Source of the DNA: an uncultured archaeon
Lineage (GTDB): Archaea > Asgardarchaeota > Lokiarchaeia > Sigyniarchaeales > SOKP01
Length of the DNA: 64,000 nt
Reading direction: 5' to 3'
Assembly: GCA_964486045.1 (NCBI GenBank)
Contig: CAZALK010000010.1
Location: 32,001 to 96,000, forward strand
Part shown: positions 28,323 to 38,368 of the stretch, piece by piece
Layout of the letters: each line of letters begins with the position of its first letter
Position numbering within the stretch: the stretch's first letter is position 1
Notes under the pieces: generated by a model
Told to the model about the DNA's origin: nothing
The model's input: the letters and a program-made list of their open reading frames with translations, nothing else
Database searches by the model: none
Made by a program: the position numbers and the translations under genes

Positions 28323-30512
28323 ATGCCTCGTAGGAAAGAAATTACGGAAATACTAAACTTAATGAACAATACTAAATCCATTCGCAATTTTGGCTTAGTT
28401 GGGCATATAGATCATGGAAAAACAACACTTTCTGATTCTTTGTTAAGTGAAGCTGGATTTTTATCACCAGATTTAGCTGGTGAAGCCCGAGCGTTAGATT
28501 TTTTGGAGGAGGAACAGAAACGTGGGATAACAATGAAATCAGCTAATATTTCATTATATTATGAAAAATCCTTAGAAAATCATGAACCGTTTCTAATAAA
28601 TCTAGTCGACACCCCTGGGCATTTAGATTTTAGTGGAAAAGTGACTCGTGCTCTACGTCTTATTGATGGAGTAGTTGTAGTTGTTGATGCTGTTGAGGAA
28701 ATAATAACGCAATCTGAAACGGTAATTAAACAAGCATTACAAGAAGGAGTTAAACCGGTACTTTTTATCAATAAAGTCGATCGTTTAATTAGGGAATTAA
28801 AGCTCTCAGATGAAAAAATTAAGAAAAAATATATTAGAATTATAAAATCTTTTAACACTCTAATAGAAAGATATGCAGAACCTCCATTCAATAGTAGGTG
28901 GAAAGTTTCACCCCAATTGGGAAATATTGCTTTTGGTTCAGCATTACATAAGTGGGGGTACACCCTAAATATATTAGAAAAAAGTAATTTAAAATTTCAA
29001 GATATTAGAAAAAGATATCACAAAGAGACGTATACTAAAGAAAGTTATGCAGATTTAGCTGTTTATTTTCCAATCCATCAGGCTATATTAGAAATGGTTA
29101 TTGATCACCTACCAAATCCTATAAAGGCTCAAAAATATAGAATTGGGAAAATTTGGAATGGAAATTTAAATTCTGAAATAGGAAAAGCGATGATTAATTG
29201 TGATCCTGATGGGCCTTTAATAATTTGTATGAGTAAAGTTCAAGCGGATAAACACGGTTTAATAGCTACTGGGAGAATATTTTGTGGAAGTTGCACCAAA
29301 AAAAATGAAATTTTTCTTTTAAATGAAAATAGTTATGAAACTATTCAGAGAATAGCCATATTTATGGGCCAAAGACGGGAGCAAGTAGATAGAATCCCAG
29401 TAGGTAATATTCTTGCAATAGAGGGATTGAAAAATATAAAAAGCGGTGATACTATTATTGACAGAAATAATATAAATGGAATGGTGCCATTTGAAAGTGT
29501 GAAATACGTCACTACTCCAGTTGTAACAATTTCAATAGAACCTGAATCTCTAAGGGATCTTGACAAAATGAAAAAGTTAATTGAGAACATGCTGATTGAG
29601 GATCCTAATTTAAAATTCGAAATTAATGAGGAAAATGGTGAATTCTTATTATCAGGTATGGGACCCTTACATCTTGAGGTCACGGCCAATGAAATAGGCA
29701 AAAGGGGCGTAAATGTGACCATTTCAGAACCAAGAGCTGTTTTCAAAGAATCTTGCCGTTTGAGTTCCTCTTTAATAACTATATTATCTTCTAATGGGAA
29801 AAATTCTTTAAAATTAAGAGTTGAAAGACTTGATGAAAAAACAGTAAAATTCTTTCAAAATGTTGATTACAAGTCATTAAAACCTCTTGATGTCTTATAC
29901 AGGACTTTAAGAGAGGAAACCAAGTTAGGAGAAGAAGAAATTAAAAATTTTTGGATTTGTGATGACGATCAAAATGTTATAACTTATAGCAGTAATTCTG
30001 ATATAAATCCAGTTCATAAAAACACAATTCTTGAAATATTTGAAAAAATAAAATTACGAGGTCCTCTCAGTGGTGAAAAATTAACTGAAATTAAGGTCAC
30101 AATTGAAGATTTAATCATTGATAATATTTCACAAGAAGAAATTTTTACAGAATTATCCACCATGCTCTATGAGGCAATAAAGAAAGGTTTGGAGGAAGCA
30201 GAATTAATCCTTCTTGAGCCTATTTATCACACTATAATACAACTACCTCCTGATTATATTAAAAATACTCTTTCTCTACTTTCGAAATATTTGGCAAAGA
30301 TAAAAAGTGTTGATCAAGATAAAGAGTATCAAGCGATTATTGAAATCCTTTTATCAGTTAGAAATTCCCTAAAATTTTCGGAAGATATTCGAAATATTTC
30401 TTCAGGGAAAGCATTTTGGCAGAATGAGTTTTACGCTTTCATGGAAGTTCCTAAACAGGATGCTCAGCGACTGATTCAAGATTTACGTTTTCTTAAAGGA
30501 TTAACATGGTAA
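28323..30512 (+). CDS. Elongation factor 2 paralogue (aEF-2p type, lacking the diphthamide His)
   Basis: GHIDHGKT, RGIT, DTPGH and NKVD G-domain motifs and 'GMGPLHLE'. Domain IV has 'IIDNISQEEIFTEL' where canonical EF-2 has H.D..HRG. Confidence 0.85.
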   Translation: MPRRKEITEILNLMNNTKSIRNFGLVGHIDHGKTTLSDSLLSEAGFLSPDLAGEARALDFLEEEQKRGITMKSANISLYYEKSLENHEPFLINLVDTPGHLDFSGKVTRALRLIDGVVVVVDAVEEIITQSETVIKQALQEGVKPVLFINKVDRLIRELKLSDEKIKKKYIRIIKSFNTLIERYAEPPFNSRWKVSPQLGNIAFGSALHKWGYTLNILEKSNLKFQDIRKRYHKETYTKESYADLAVYFPIHQAILEMVIDHLPNPIKAQKYRIGKIWNGNLNSEIGKAMINCDPDGPLIICMSKVQADKHGLIATGRIFCGSCTKKNEIFLLNENSYETIQRIAIFMGQRREQVDRIPVGNILAIEGLKNIKSGDTIIDRNNINGMVPFESVKYVTTPVVTISIEPESLRDLDKMKKLIENMLIEDPNLKFEINEENGEFLLSGMGPLHLEVTANEIGKRGVNVTISEPRAVFKESCRLSSSLITILSSNGKNSLKLRVERLDEKTVKFFQNVDYKSLKPLDVLYRTLREETKLGEEEIKNFWICDDDQNVITYSSNSDINPVHKNTILEIFEKIKLRGPLSGEKLTEIKVTIEDLIIDNISQEEIFTELSTMLYEAIKKGLEEAELILLEPIYHTIIQLPPDYIKNTLSLLSKYLAKIKSVDQDKEYQAIIEILLSVRNSLKFSEDIRNISSGKAFWQNEFYAFMEVPKQDAQRLIQDLRFLKGLTW

Positions 30513-30611
30513 GAAAAGTTTACTTCTCTTTTGATATCTATGCTTGTTGCTTTGAATAACCTAAGTGTAACCAAACTTCATGCTATTTAACAAAATAAAA
30601 TTGAGTTAGTT

Positions 30612-31943
30612 TTAATTCTTAACAAAATCGATGATTTTTCCAGCGATTTTAAAATTTGGGAGTTTAAAATTTGCAAAGCCTTTTTCTGCTGCAAATTTAG
30701 GCATTGCATATAAAATGCATGTCTCTTCTGACTCTGCGATTGTTTTACCACCTAACTTTTGGATTACACCTAATCCTTCAACTCCATCAGCACCCATCCC
30801 TGTCAATATTATCCCTAAGGTTCTTTTTCTAAACATCCGAGCTGCTGAAAAGAAAAGGATATCAATTGAAGGCATGCAATAATTAACAGGAGTACCTACA
30901 TATATTTTAATAACTGGTTTTTTATTTTTTTCTACAATTTCCATATGATTATCACCGGGGGCAATATAACATACTCCAGCTTGGAGAGCTTCCCCGTTAA
31001 CTGCAACCTTAACTCTCATTTTGCATTCTATTCTCAAATTATCAACGAATGCATCTGTAAAGTGTGAAGAAAGATGTTGAACTACTAAAACTGGTGCACC
31101 TAAATTTCGGGGTAATTCTTTTAGTATTGTAGTTATAGTCCTAGGACCGCCTACACTTGCCCCAATAACCACAATGTTGGTTGATAGAATCACATCTCTA
31201 ACAGGAGTTAGATTTGGAACATAAGCGGGTGCTTTCTTTACGTATTTTGTTGAAATTTGTTTTTTCATTAAAGGAATTGAAGCTTTACTTTTTGTTACAG
31301 TGACTTTTCCTTTTTGTAATGTTTTTGCAATGGCTTCTTTCTTAACAATTTGTTGAGTTTCCTTTGTAGCTATTTTAGTTTTACCAATATCAATTATTTG
31401 AGTTTTTTGATCTTTCTCGATTTCTTGAACTGGTTGTAATCGATTTAGATATTGTCCAAAATTAAAAATGTCATTGATTATATCTTGTCGAATTGAAGTC
31501 CCCTTTTTTATCGGTTCACCATCTTTTCGAAATATCCTTTTGATTTGTGATTGGGAAGCTAAAAGAACTTTAGCAAGTAATTCCTCCTTGAATAACGGTA
31601 ATTTTTTGGCGCCCATTCCCCCTGGTTTTATGATATAGTCGAATGCACCCATCAATAATGCTTGTATAGAAGAATCTAGGTTTTTAGGACTTATAGCTGA
31701 AAGTATAACAGTGGGAGTGGGATGATCCTCCATTATTAATTTAAATGCCTCTAGTCCATTCATTTTTGGCATTACTAAATCTAATACTAACACATCTGGG
31801 CTGTATTTCCCAACAAAATCAACGGCCTCTTCTCCATTTTTAGCAAATTCTAAAACATTAATCAATTCATGGCCTCTAAGAATATCGGCTATACTTTTTC
31901 TTAAATACGCAGAATCGTCGGCAACTAGAACATCAATCGACAC
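30612..31943 (-). CDS. cheB: Chemotaxis response-regulator methylesterase CheB (second copy, long linker)
   Basis: REC domain (DD...DLVMP...KP) plus esterase triad GASVGG / VQH / TGMGADG. Confidence 0.9.
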   Translation of the reverse strand: MSIDVLVADDSAYLRKSIADILRGHELINVLEFAKNGEEAVDFVGKYSPDVLVLDLVMPKMNGLEAFKLIMEDHPTPTVILSAISPKNLDSSIQALLMGAFDYIIKPGGMGAKKLPLFKEELLAKVLLASQSQIKRIFRKDGEPIKKGTSIRQDIINDIFNFGQYLNRLQPVQEIEKDQKTQIIDIGKTKIATKETQQIVKKEAIAKTLQKGKVTVTKSKASIPLMKKQISTKYVKKAPAYVPNLTPVRDVILSTNIVVIGASVGGPRTITTILKELPRNLGAPVLVVQHLSSHFTDAFVDNLRIECKMRVKVAVNGEALQAGVCYIAPGDNHMEIVEKNKKPVIKIYVGTPVNYCMPSIDILFFSAARMFRKRTLGIILTGMGADGVEGLGVIQKLGGKTIAESEETCILYAMPKFAAEKGFANFKLPNFKIAGKIIDFVKN

Positions 31944-32168
31944 AAAAATCTCCTTTAAAATTTGATATAGTAATTCTTATAAATAGTCGTGTAAAGAAAT
32001 TTATACTTATTTAAATGTAAAAATCAACATTTAAGAATTAGGTTCCTTAATTATAAAAATAAAAACCGAATTTATATTGTTTAAAGGTCCTAAAGAATTG
32101 AGAAATATTTAAATAAAAAAGTTTAGAGGTAGTTTGTTTTGATCTGTTTTGTCCTTTTCTCTTTTTAC

Positions 32169-32510
32169 CTAACCAATTTGAGTCTTATAATGTTCCACGC
32201 AAAACCATGTCTTAGATTTTTTATGATAAGTCATATCTCTATTATGTTTACTACATATTGGGCACTTTACAATAGAGGCTCTTAGAGGACGTTCAATATC
32301 CCACCATTTATCAGAAAAACGCTTTAGTATTTCAATTTTTTCCTCAGATGGGTGAATATATTTTCCATTTTTATCATGCTTTAAGTTATGTTCTTGGTCA
32401 CTAATTTCCATCTGTCTTTCTGCGCATTCCTTCAAAATAATTAATCATAAATTGTTCCTAGCTCTCTGTAATTTTGGATCTTTGATCCGTATAGTTCTAC
32501 CGTTTTTCAT
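32169..32510 (-). pseudogene. Small Zn-ribbon protein with an internal TGA (32447-32445)
   Basis: ATG at 32510 gives MKNGRTIRIKDPKLQRARNNL*LIILKECAERQ, in frame with the track ORF; CPIC...WFCVEH at the C-terminus. Confidence 0.55.
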
Positions 32511-32688
32511 TTATATTCATGTTTATTTTAGTGTGTCTCAAATTTAAATCTTTGTAGAGCGACAGATTTCTAATACCTTAAATACTAAAAATTTGCCTTA
32601 AATAGTAAATATCGGCAATGCTGAATACTCTACCTAATTTATATCCTCTATAATCTGATAGTTCTGCTAATGAATTAAGCAGATCACC

Positions 32689-32838
32689 GTGCATTATACA
32701 GAAGACGCCCCTCCTATTGAAACAACAGATACTATCATCCCTAATGATTCAATCTTCGGTTATTCAACTATAGTAATTGTTATTATACTGTTCTTCAGTA
32801 TTTCAATTAGATTATTCAAAGACAGAAAAAAAATATAA
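32689..32838 (+). pseudogene. Orphan C-terminal fragment of a surface protein with a Loki-CTERM-like sorting signal
   Basis: VHYTEDAPPIETTDTIIPNDSIFGYSTIVIVIILFFSISIRLFKDRKKI*: Pro/Thr linker, I-x-GY, TM helix, basic end; upstream frame is closed. Confidence 0.5.
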
Positions 32839-32954
32839 AATTAATATCATCGTTTTTTTATTTTGATCTTGAGTAATAAAAATTTTTCTAAATGGCATTT
32901 TACTAATCTTTCACTCCTATTTTTCTTTTATAAAGATTCATATTTTTATGGTGT

Positions 32955-33209
32955 ATGGTAGAATCGATTCATCTAAAAGAAATGGAAGACCTTGGTCTTA
33001 GCACTACGATAGAAGGATATTATGTTGAAGAAGATCAAAAATCAGTATCTATTAGGTTACCAAATAGTATGTCTTTTTGGGTACCTAAACGGTTTATTGA
33101 TACTCAATTTTTTAGGGAGACTGATCTCAAGCAAGAGTTCCTTATTGACAATTGGATACTGCGAAAGATCGGACTTAGGTTAGATAAGATCAAAAAAATA
33201 GATCGTTAA
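32955..33209 (+). CDS. Small hypothetical protein (beta-rich)
   Basis: 84 aa ORF with ATG start and protein-like composition ('FWVPKRFI...IDNWILRKIG'). Confidence 0.6.
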   Translation: MVESIHLKEMEDLGLSTTIEGYYVEEDQKSVSIRLPNSMSFWVPKRFIDTQFFRETDLKQEFLIDNWILRKIGLRLDKIKKIDR

Positions 33210-33441
33210 AATCTTTTTGGGCTTCTATATCTCGTATGAATTGCTGAAGTGGAGAATCATCCTCAATATAATGAAGAACATCTGAGTGTATCCAAGTAGT
33301 TAAAGGTTTGGCTTCTCTGTACTTTGCCTGTTCATCAGGGCTTAGTGTTAAGTACTCTGAATATTCCTTACACCATCGTATAACTTTATTACTTTTTGCG
33401 CGAAAGTAGTTTCTTTTCTTATGGAGGTTTTGGTAAAGCAA
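33190..33441 (-). pseudogene. Probable gene fragment
   Basis: 83-aa protein-like frame with a weak start, in a zone of decayed ORFs. Confidence 0.35.
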
Positions 33442-33966
33442 ATTCAGCTGACATCAAAAGCACATCATAATTAAAATTTTCAAATTGCATTATTAGTTCA
33501 TTACCTAATGCACTTAGAATTAATATTCAATGGGAGAAGAAAGACGGGAACATCATTCTATATTAATTCCCCCATGTTCTTCCTTAATTTTGATATGAAA
33601 AGGGATTTTATCATTTTGTTTCTGTTCCACGCTTTGAAAAAAGAAATTTGGCATTAGTACAGGAAGGAAAAGAAAAAGGAAGTTAAGTTTTGTTCTTAAT
33701 AGATTCAATTTGAGATATTAAAGGCCACTGATTATAATTTAATTCTTTCTTATCGTATCTATTATTAAATTAGGAATTTATAAAGGGAAATCATTAATAA
33801 ATCCTCTGTCCCTTCACAAATATTGATGATTATTTCCTTCTTAAAGTCATGATAATACAAAACAAGACCAAAGGAAAAAGAACATTTACACCTGAACAAA
33901 AAGAGTAATATAAGACCAAGAAAGAAGCACAAAGTAGTGTTAAGAAATTTATACTTTATTTAATCG

Positions 33967-34926
33967 TTAAAAAAGATTTGAAATTAAATATGAAAACACC
34001 TCATCAATTCCTTCTCCTGTGAGTGCTGATGTTTCAAAAAAAGGGAAATCATATTCCTCTGCTAAATCTTGAGCTCTGGATCTAATTTCTTCCCGATCCA
34101 CTGCTATATCGATCTTATTTCCAACGAGAACAATTGGAATTGATTTATCTTTAATGAATTGATGAGTTTCTTTAATCCAATCAATTATATTATTAAAGGT
34201 CTCTATTCTAGAATAATCGAATAAAATTAGAACCGCATTTGAATAGTTATAATAATATTTTCTAACTTTAGCAAAGCTTTTTATTCCTCCTAGATCGAGG
34301 AGATATAATAATAGATTATAATTCTTTGAAATTTGTAATTTTTTTTCTATTATTGAAATTCCGATTGTAGGTTTGTAAGCTTCATTGTAAGTTCCCATAC
34401 AATACATTCGTACTAAAGCACTTTTCCCTGCTGATTCAGGTCCCACAACAACAATTTTATTTTGATTATTTTTAGTATACAGTGTCCTATTTTTAGGTTT
34501 AAATATTAATTGCATATTTTCGTTTAATTTTGGAATTTTTGATATAGACTCTTGATTATTTAGAATCAGTGATATTTTTTCTGCTGTTAAATAGGCATAT
34601 GGAATAATTTGATCAATATTTGAATAAGGATCTCCTATTAATACAAAAATTGCGGGAGTTACTTTTTTTAACTCCACAAAAAATAGTTGAAATTCATTGG
34701 TACTGAATGTTCCACATCCAAATGAAGTTTCAGCATATTGTCTAATTCTATTTATTGTTTGATCCAAAATTGACATAATAGCTCCTATCATTTCCTCATC
34801 AAATCCTCTGATTGACTGTTTAGCAATAATTAACCCATCTAAATCTAAAATAATGGTTGCTAATAATCCTTGTGTTTCATAAATTAAATCTGAAAGTATA
34901 TCTTCTAGTACTCCTAATTTTGACAT
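33967..34926 (-). CDS. Roadblock domain fused to a Rab/Ras-like small GTPase
   Basis: N-terminal roadblock ('GLLATIILDLDGLIIA...MIGAIM'); G1 GPESAGKS, G2 PTIG, G3 DLGG, G4 NKID, G5 ETSA. Confidence 0.9.
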   Translation of the reverse strand: MSKLGVLEDILSDLIYETQGLLATIILDLDGLIIAKQSIRGFDEEMIGAIMSILDQTINRIRQYAETSFGCGTFSTNEFQLFFVELKKVTPAIFVLIGDPYSNIDQIIPYAYLTAEKISLILNNQESISKIPKLNENMQLIFKPKNRTLYTKNNQNKIVVVGPESAGKSALVRMYCMGTYNEAYKPTIGISIIEKKLQISKNYNLLLYLLDLGGIKSFAKVRKYYYNYSNAVLILFDYSRIETFNNIIDWIKETHQFIKDKSIPIVLVGNKIDIAVDREEIRSRAQDLAEEYDFPFFETSALTGEGIDEVFSYLISNLF

Positions 34927-34932
34927 TAGTTT

Positions 34933-35598
34933 CTATAGATCCATATTATATTTGATGTTTAAAATTTTGAATAAATTCTTTAAAATATTCAGACTAGGAA
35001 TGAAGCACATTACACAATCTATTTTTATCTCTTTCAGTGCCAAGTTCGTTTTGATTAAAACCAAATAATCTGATATTTGAGAATATTTTGCAATAATTCT
35101 ATTTAGCATTGCATTTAATGTGTCAAGTGCTACTGTAGGAACATTAGGGACTAATTTAATTGACATTAAATCAGCTAAACCATTTGCATAATGCCCAGAT
35201 AATATGTTACCTATTTCAGTTATGATGCTTAACGAAAGCTCGTCAAGATCCTCACTAGTTCTTACGTTTTCAACAGAAAGATTAGAATCTTCATTCAGAT
35301 AATTAACTAAATTAAAGATTGATTCTTTTGTAAATATTTGAATAATTGATAAATCTGATGTAAGGTGGATTTCAGAATAGATCCCAAATACCTCAACTTT
35401 TGGGCTTTCAAATAATTCTTCTACCTTCCAGAAGGGAATAATATCAGCTGAAGTTAGTGAAACCTCTATTTCATAATTAAATAATTTTGAAAAAGCTGTA
35501 ATTGCATGCCCAGACCCGATGTTTCCAATTTCCTTTAACATGTCTAATTGTTCTGGAGTTAGGTGGAATTCTTCTGGTATCTTAAAATCGTTATTCAT
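34933..35598 (-). CDS. cheC: CheY-P phosphatase CheC
   Basis: Two E-x-x-N active sites: KEIGNIGSGHA and TEIGNILSGHY. Confidence 0.9.
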   Translation of the reverse strand: MNNDFKIPEEFHLTPEQLDMLKEIGNIGSGHAITAFSKLFNYEIEVSLTSADIIPFWKVEELFESPKVEVFGIYSEIHLTSDLSIIQIFTKESIFNLVNYLNEDSNLSVENVRTSEDLDELSLSIITEIGNILSGHYANGLADLMSIKLVPNVPTVALDTLNAMLNRIIAKYSQISDYLVLIKTNLALKEIKIDCVMCFIPSLNILKNLFKILNIKYNMDL

Positions 35599-35624
35599 TT
35601 TGTTTTTTCTCTTTTTTTTGATTT

Positions 35625-36173
35625 TTAATAAAATTTTTTAAAATCTGTTTCTCCAGTTGATTTTACATACAAGGAAAAATCGTTTGTGTCAAAAATCACG
35701 TTTCTCCCCTTTGAACCCCCAGTCTCTTCTTTGATAATTTGTATTTTTAATATATCTAATTCTTCCTTAACAGAAGCGATATTATTAAATCCCACATCAT
35801 TATTTTCTAAATCAAATATTTTTGAGCCTCCTATAATAAATGCCCTAATATTCTCTCTTACAGCACCATGATTTAGTAGTTCTTCCATTAATAATTTTAC
35901 AGAAAAGCTTGCGTATTTATGCGGATATTGGATTATTTTAGTTGGACTTGCTTTGGGTAATAAAATATGAGACATTGCGCTTAATTTGTTTATTTCGTCA
36001 AATAAAACCAGGGCAATGCACGAGCCCAATCCATAAATTGAAATAGTTGGTTTACGATTTGAAAGAAAGTTTTTGCTGTTAGAGAGTGCATAATGCCCAA
36101 TTAGTACAGATATATTTCCATTTCTATCCGTTTCCTTGATTTGATCAATTGGCTCTATAATACTCACCTTCAA
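35625..36173 (-). CDS. cheD: Chemoreceptor glutamine deamidase CheD
   Basis: 'GLGSCIALVLFD...SHILLP', 'KYA', 'GGS', 'ETGGSKGR'. Confidence 0.92.
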   Translation of the reverse strand: MKVSIIEPIDQIKETDRNGNISVLIGHYALSNSKNFLSNRKPTISIYGLGSCIALVLFDEINKLSAMSHILLPKASPTKIIQYPHKYASFSVKLLMEELLNHGAVRENIRAFIIGGSKIFDLENNDVGFNNIASVKEELDILKIQIIKEETGGSKGRNVIFDTNDFSLYVKSTGETDFKKFY

Positions 36174-36199
36174 TCATGGGTTTAAGTATTGAATATTTA

Positions 36200-37318
36200 T
36201 TATATAAATTTTGTTGCAAATTTAATCATATAATCATGAACTTTATATACTGGAAGTATTAGATTTGCTGCACCTAGCTTTGCTGCTGCTCTTGGCATCC
36301 CATAAATAACACATGTCTCCTCAGATTCAGCGATAGTTTTGCCACCATTATTTTTAATTGCTTTTAATCCCCTTGCACCATCATCTCCCAACCCTGTTAA
36401 TAGAATTCCCATTACATTATTTTTGTATATTTCTGCAGCTGAAAAAAATAAAACATCCACAGAAGGTTTGCAAAAATTGACTGGTTTATCATCAGATATT
36501 CGAATGTGAGGTCTATTTTTTATAGTTATAATCTTCGTGTGTTTTCCACCAGGACTCAAGTAAACATTACCGGGTAATATTCTCTCCCCATCGTCTGGGA
36601 TTTTTACGTTTATTTCACAAACTTGATCCAGAGATTTACTAAGTTGTTTCATAAAAAATGCATCAAGATGTTGAACGATCAAGATTGGGCTTGGAAAATC
36701 CTGAGGAATCTCTTTTAAAATAAATTTTAAAGTTCTTGGTCCACCGGTGCTGGTGCCTATTACTATTAAATTTGCTTCTAATATAAGTTGAGGAGCTTTT
36801 GGAAGATGTAACGGTTTGGGTTTTATTGGTGTTCTTATTTTTCTCTTTACTTCTAATTCATTAATAGATTGTTTGCTAATTGATTTTCTTATTAGATTAT
36901 TTCGTTTTTCATAACTTTTTTTTATTTTTGCTGCGTATAAAACACTTGAAACTAATTTTTCTTGAACCTTTGGGAATTCAGTTTTCCATAGACCTTTGGG
37001 TTTTATTATAAAATCTAATGCTCCTAAAAGTAACGCTTGAACAGAATTATCTAAGTTTTCTGGATTAAAAACTGAAAAAATTATAGTTGGTATTGGATAA
37101 TGTTCTGAAAGAAATTTTAATACTGTTAACCCGTCAACCTCAGGCATTATTAAATCTAATATTAATACATCAGGATTCAACTCTTCAATTTTTTCAATTG
37201 CCTCCCTCCCGTTTCGAGCAGTATCAACAGCAGAAATTTCATTGTGTGAAATTAGCATTTCAGAGATTAATTTTCTTTGATATGCTGAATCTTCTGCAAG
37301 TAATACTCTAACAGACAT
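36200..37318 (-). CDS. cheB: Chemotaxis methylesterase CheB
   Basis: REC domain plus GTSTGGP / VQH / TGLGDDG, 'PSVDVLF', 'YGMP'. Confidence 0.93.
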   Translation of the reverse strand: MSVRVLLAEDSAYQRKLISEMLISHNEISAVDTARNGREAIEKIEELNPDVLILDLIMPEVDGLTVLKFLSEHYPIPTIIFSVFNPENLDNSVQALLLGALDFIIKPKGLWKTEFPKVQEKLVSSVLYAAKIKKSYEKRNNLIRKSISKQSINELEVKRKIRTPIKPKPLHLPKAPQLILEANLIVIGTSTGGPRTLKFILKEIPQDFPSPILIVQHLDAFFMKQLSKSLDQVCEINVKIPDDGERILPGNVYLSPGGKHTKIITIKNRPHIRISDDKPVNFCKPSVDVLFFSAAEIYKNNVMGILLTGLGDDGARGLKAIKNNGGKTIAESEETCVIYGMPRAAAKLGAANLILPVYKVHDYMIKFATKFI

Positions 37319-37326
37319 GATAATGT

Positions 37327-38358
37327 TTAATTGACCTTCATATATATTCGATTTAATGAGTCTACTAACTTTAAATTACTCTGGGAGCTAAAAATTGTTT
37401 CTGTTTTACCTATGATTAATAAGCCCCCTGCATTTAAACGATTTTCAATGATTTTTAAGAACTTATTTCTTGCAACTCTATTAATGTATATTAGGAGATA
37501 TCGACAAAAAATGATATCATAAACCTGTGATGTTTGATGGCCTTTCATTACATCTTCCCCAATAAACTTGATATACTTTTTTATTTTTTCATTTATAGTG
37601 TATGTAAATCCGAATCCCACTTTTTTCTTCAAAAAGTAATTTTTTTCAAAATACTTTGAAACATTTTTTGTTGATTCTTCGTTATACACTCCGATATTTG
37701 CTCTTTTAATAGCGTTTTCATCAATATCAGAAGCTATAATTCTGAATTTAGGAAATTGTGGAATTTGTTTTTTAAAATTATCTAAAATTATTGCAATAGA
37801 ATATGGTTCTTCACCGTTTGCACATGGACAAGACCAAATATTAATAGTCTCCTTAAATCTTTGGAAATTCTTCAGCTTTTTATATAAAATACTTTTTGGA
37901 ACGATTTTCTTTGCTGATAATTTATTTTTTAACCTGTGTTCTAAGTCCTTCTTTCTATTGGAAATCTTTTCAATTTTATTTGGTTTCTTTTCACTTTTTT
38001 TACGATATTTTCTTTCTGGATTGGGATGTAAATTACTAATTACATCTTCTCTTTTGTAATTTCCACTTTTTAATATAATGTCTTCCAATTGGTCATAAAC
38101 TTCCCAATTTCTAAAAAAAGTAGAATAATTGATATTAAAACTAATTAAAAATTTATTTATTTCTTTAGGATTTTCTACTAAATATTTGTAATACGATTCA
38201 AAGTTAGAACAATTAACACGAATCATTCGAGATTTAATTCTTTTCTCGATATGTTTTCTTTGATAATATCCTAGTTTTAACCCAGTTGTTTTATTCAAAA
38301 ATCGAATTAATAAATCATAAAAATCCTCATCAAATTTAATATCCTCAATTAGTATCAC
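37327..38358 (-). CDS. cheR: Chemotaxis methyltransferase CheR (with a Lys-rich insertion)
   Basis: 'INYSTFFRN', 'IWSCPCANGEEPYSIA', 'ASDID', 'YDIIFCRYLLIY', 'GKTE'. Confidence 0.92.
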   Translation of the reverse strand: MILIEDIKFDEDFYDLLIRFLNKTTGLKLGYYQRKHIEKRIKSRMIRVNCSNFESYYKYLVENPKEINKFLISFNINYSTFFRNWEVYDQLEDIILKSGNYKREDVISNLHPNPERKYRKKSEKKPNKIEKISNRKKDLEHRLKNKLSAKKIVPKSILYKKLKNFQRFKETINIWSCPCANGEEPYSIAIILDNFKKQIPQFPKFRIIASDIDENAIKRANIGVYNEESTKNVSKYFEKNYFLKKKVGFGFTYTINEKIKKYIKFIGEDVMKGHQTSQVYDIIFCRYLLIYINRVARNKFLKIIENRLNAGGLLIIGKTETIFSSQSNLKLVDSLNRIYMKVN

Positions 38359-38368
38359 TTGTGAACAC

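Noticed and set aside
28323-30512. Canonical fusA/EF-2
   Set aside because: It lacks the diphthamide-loop HRG motif and is not in a ribosomal protein (rpsL-rpsG) context.
4424-32447. Genome-wide TGA reassignment or selenocysteine at the two in-frame TGAs
   Set aside because: TGA clearly terminates ordinary genes here (e.g. 12294, 15861, 25178). Neither context is a redox Cys position, and no convincing SECIS was seen.
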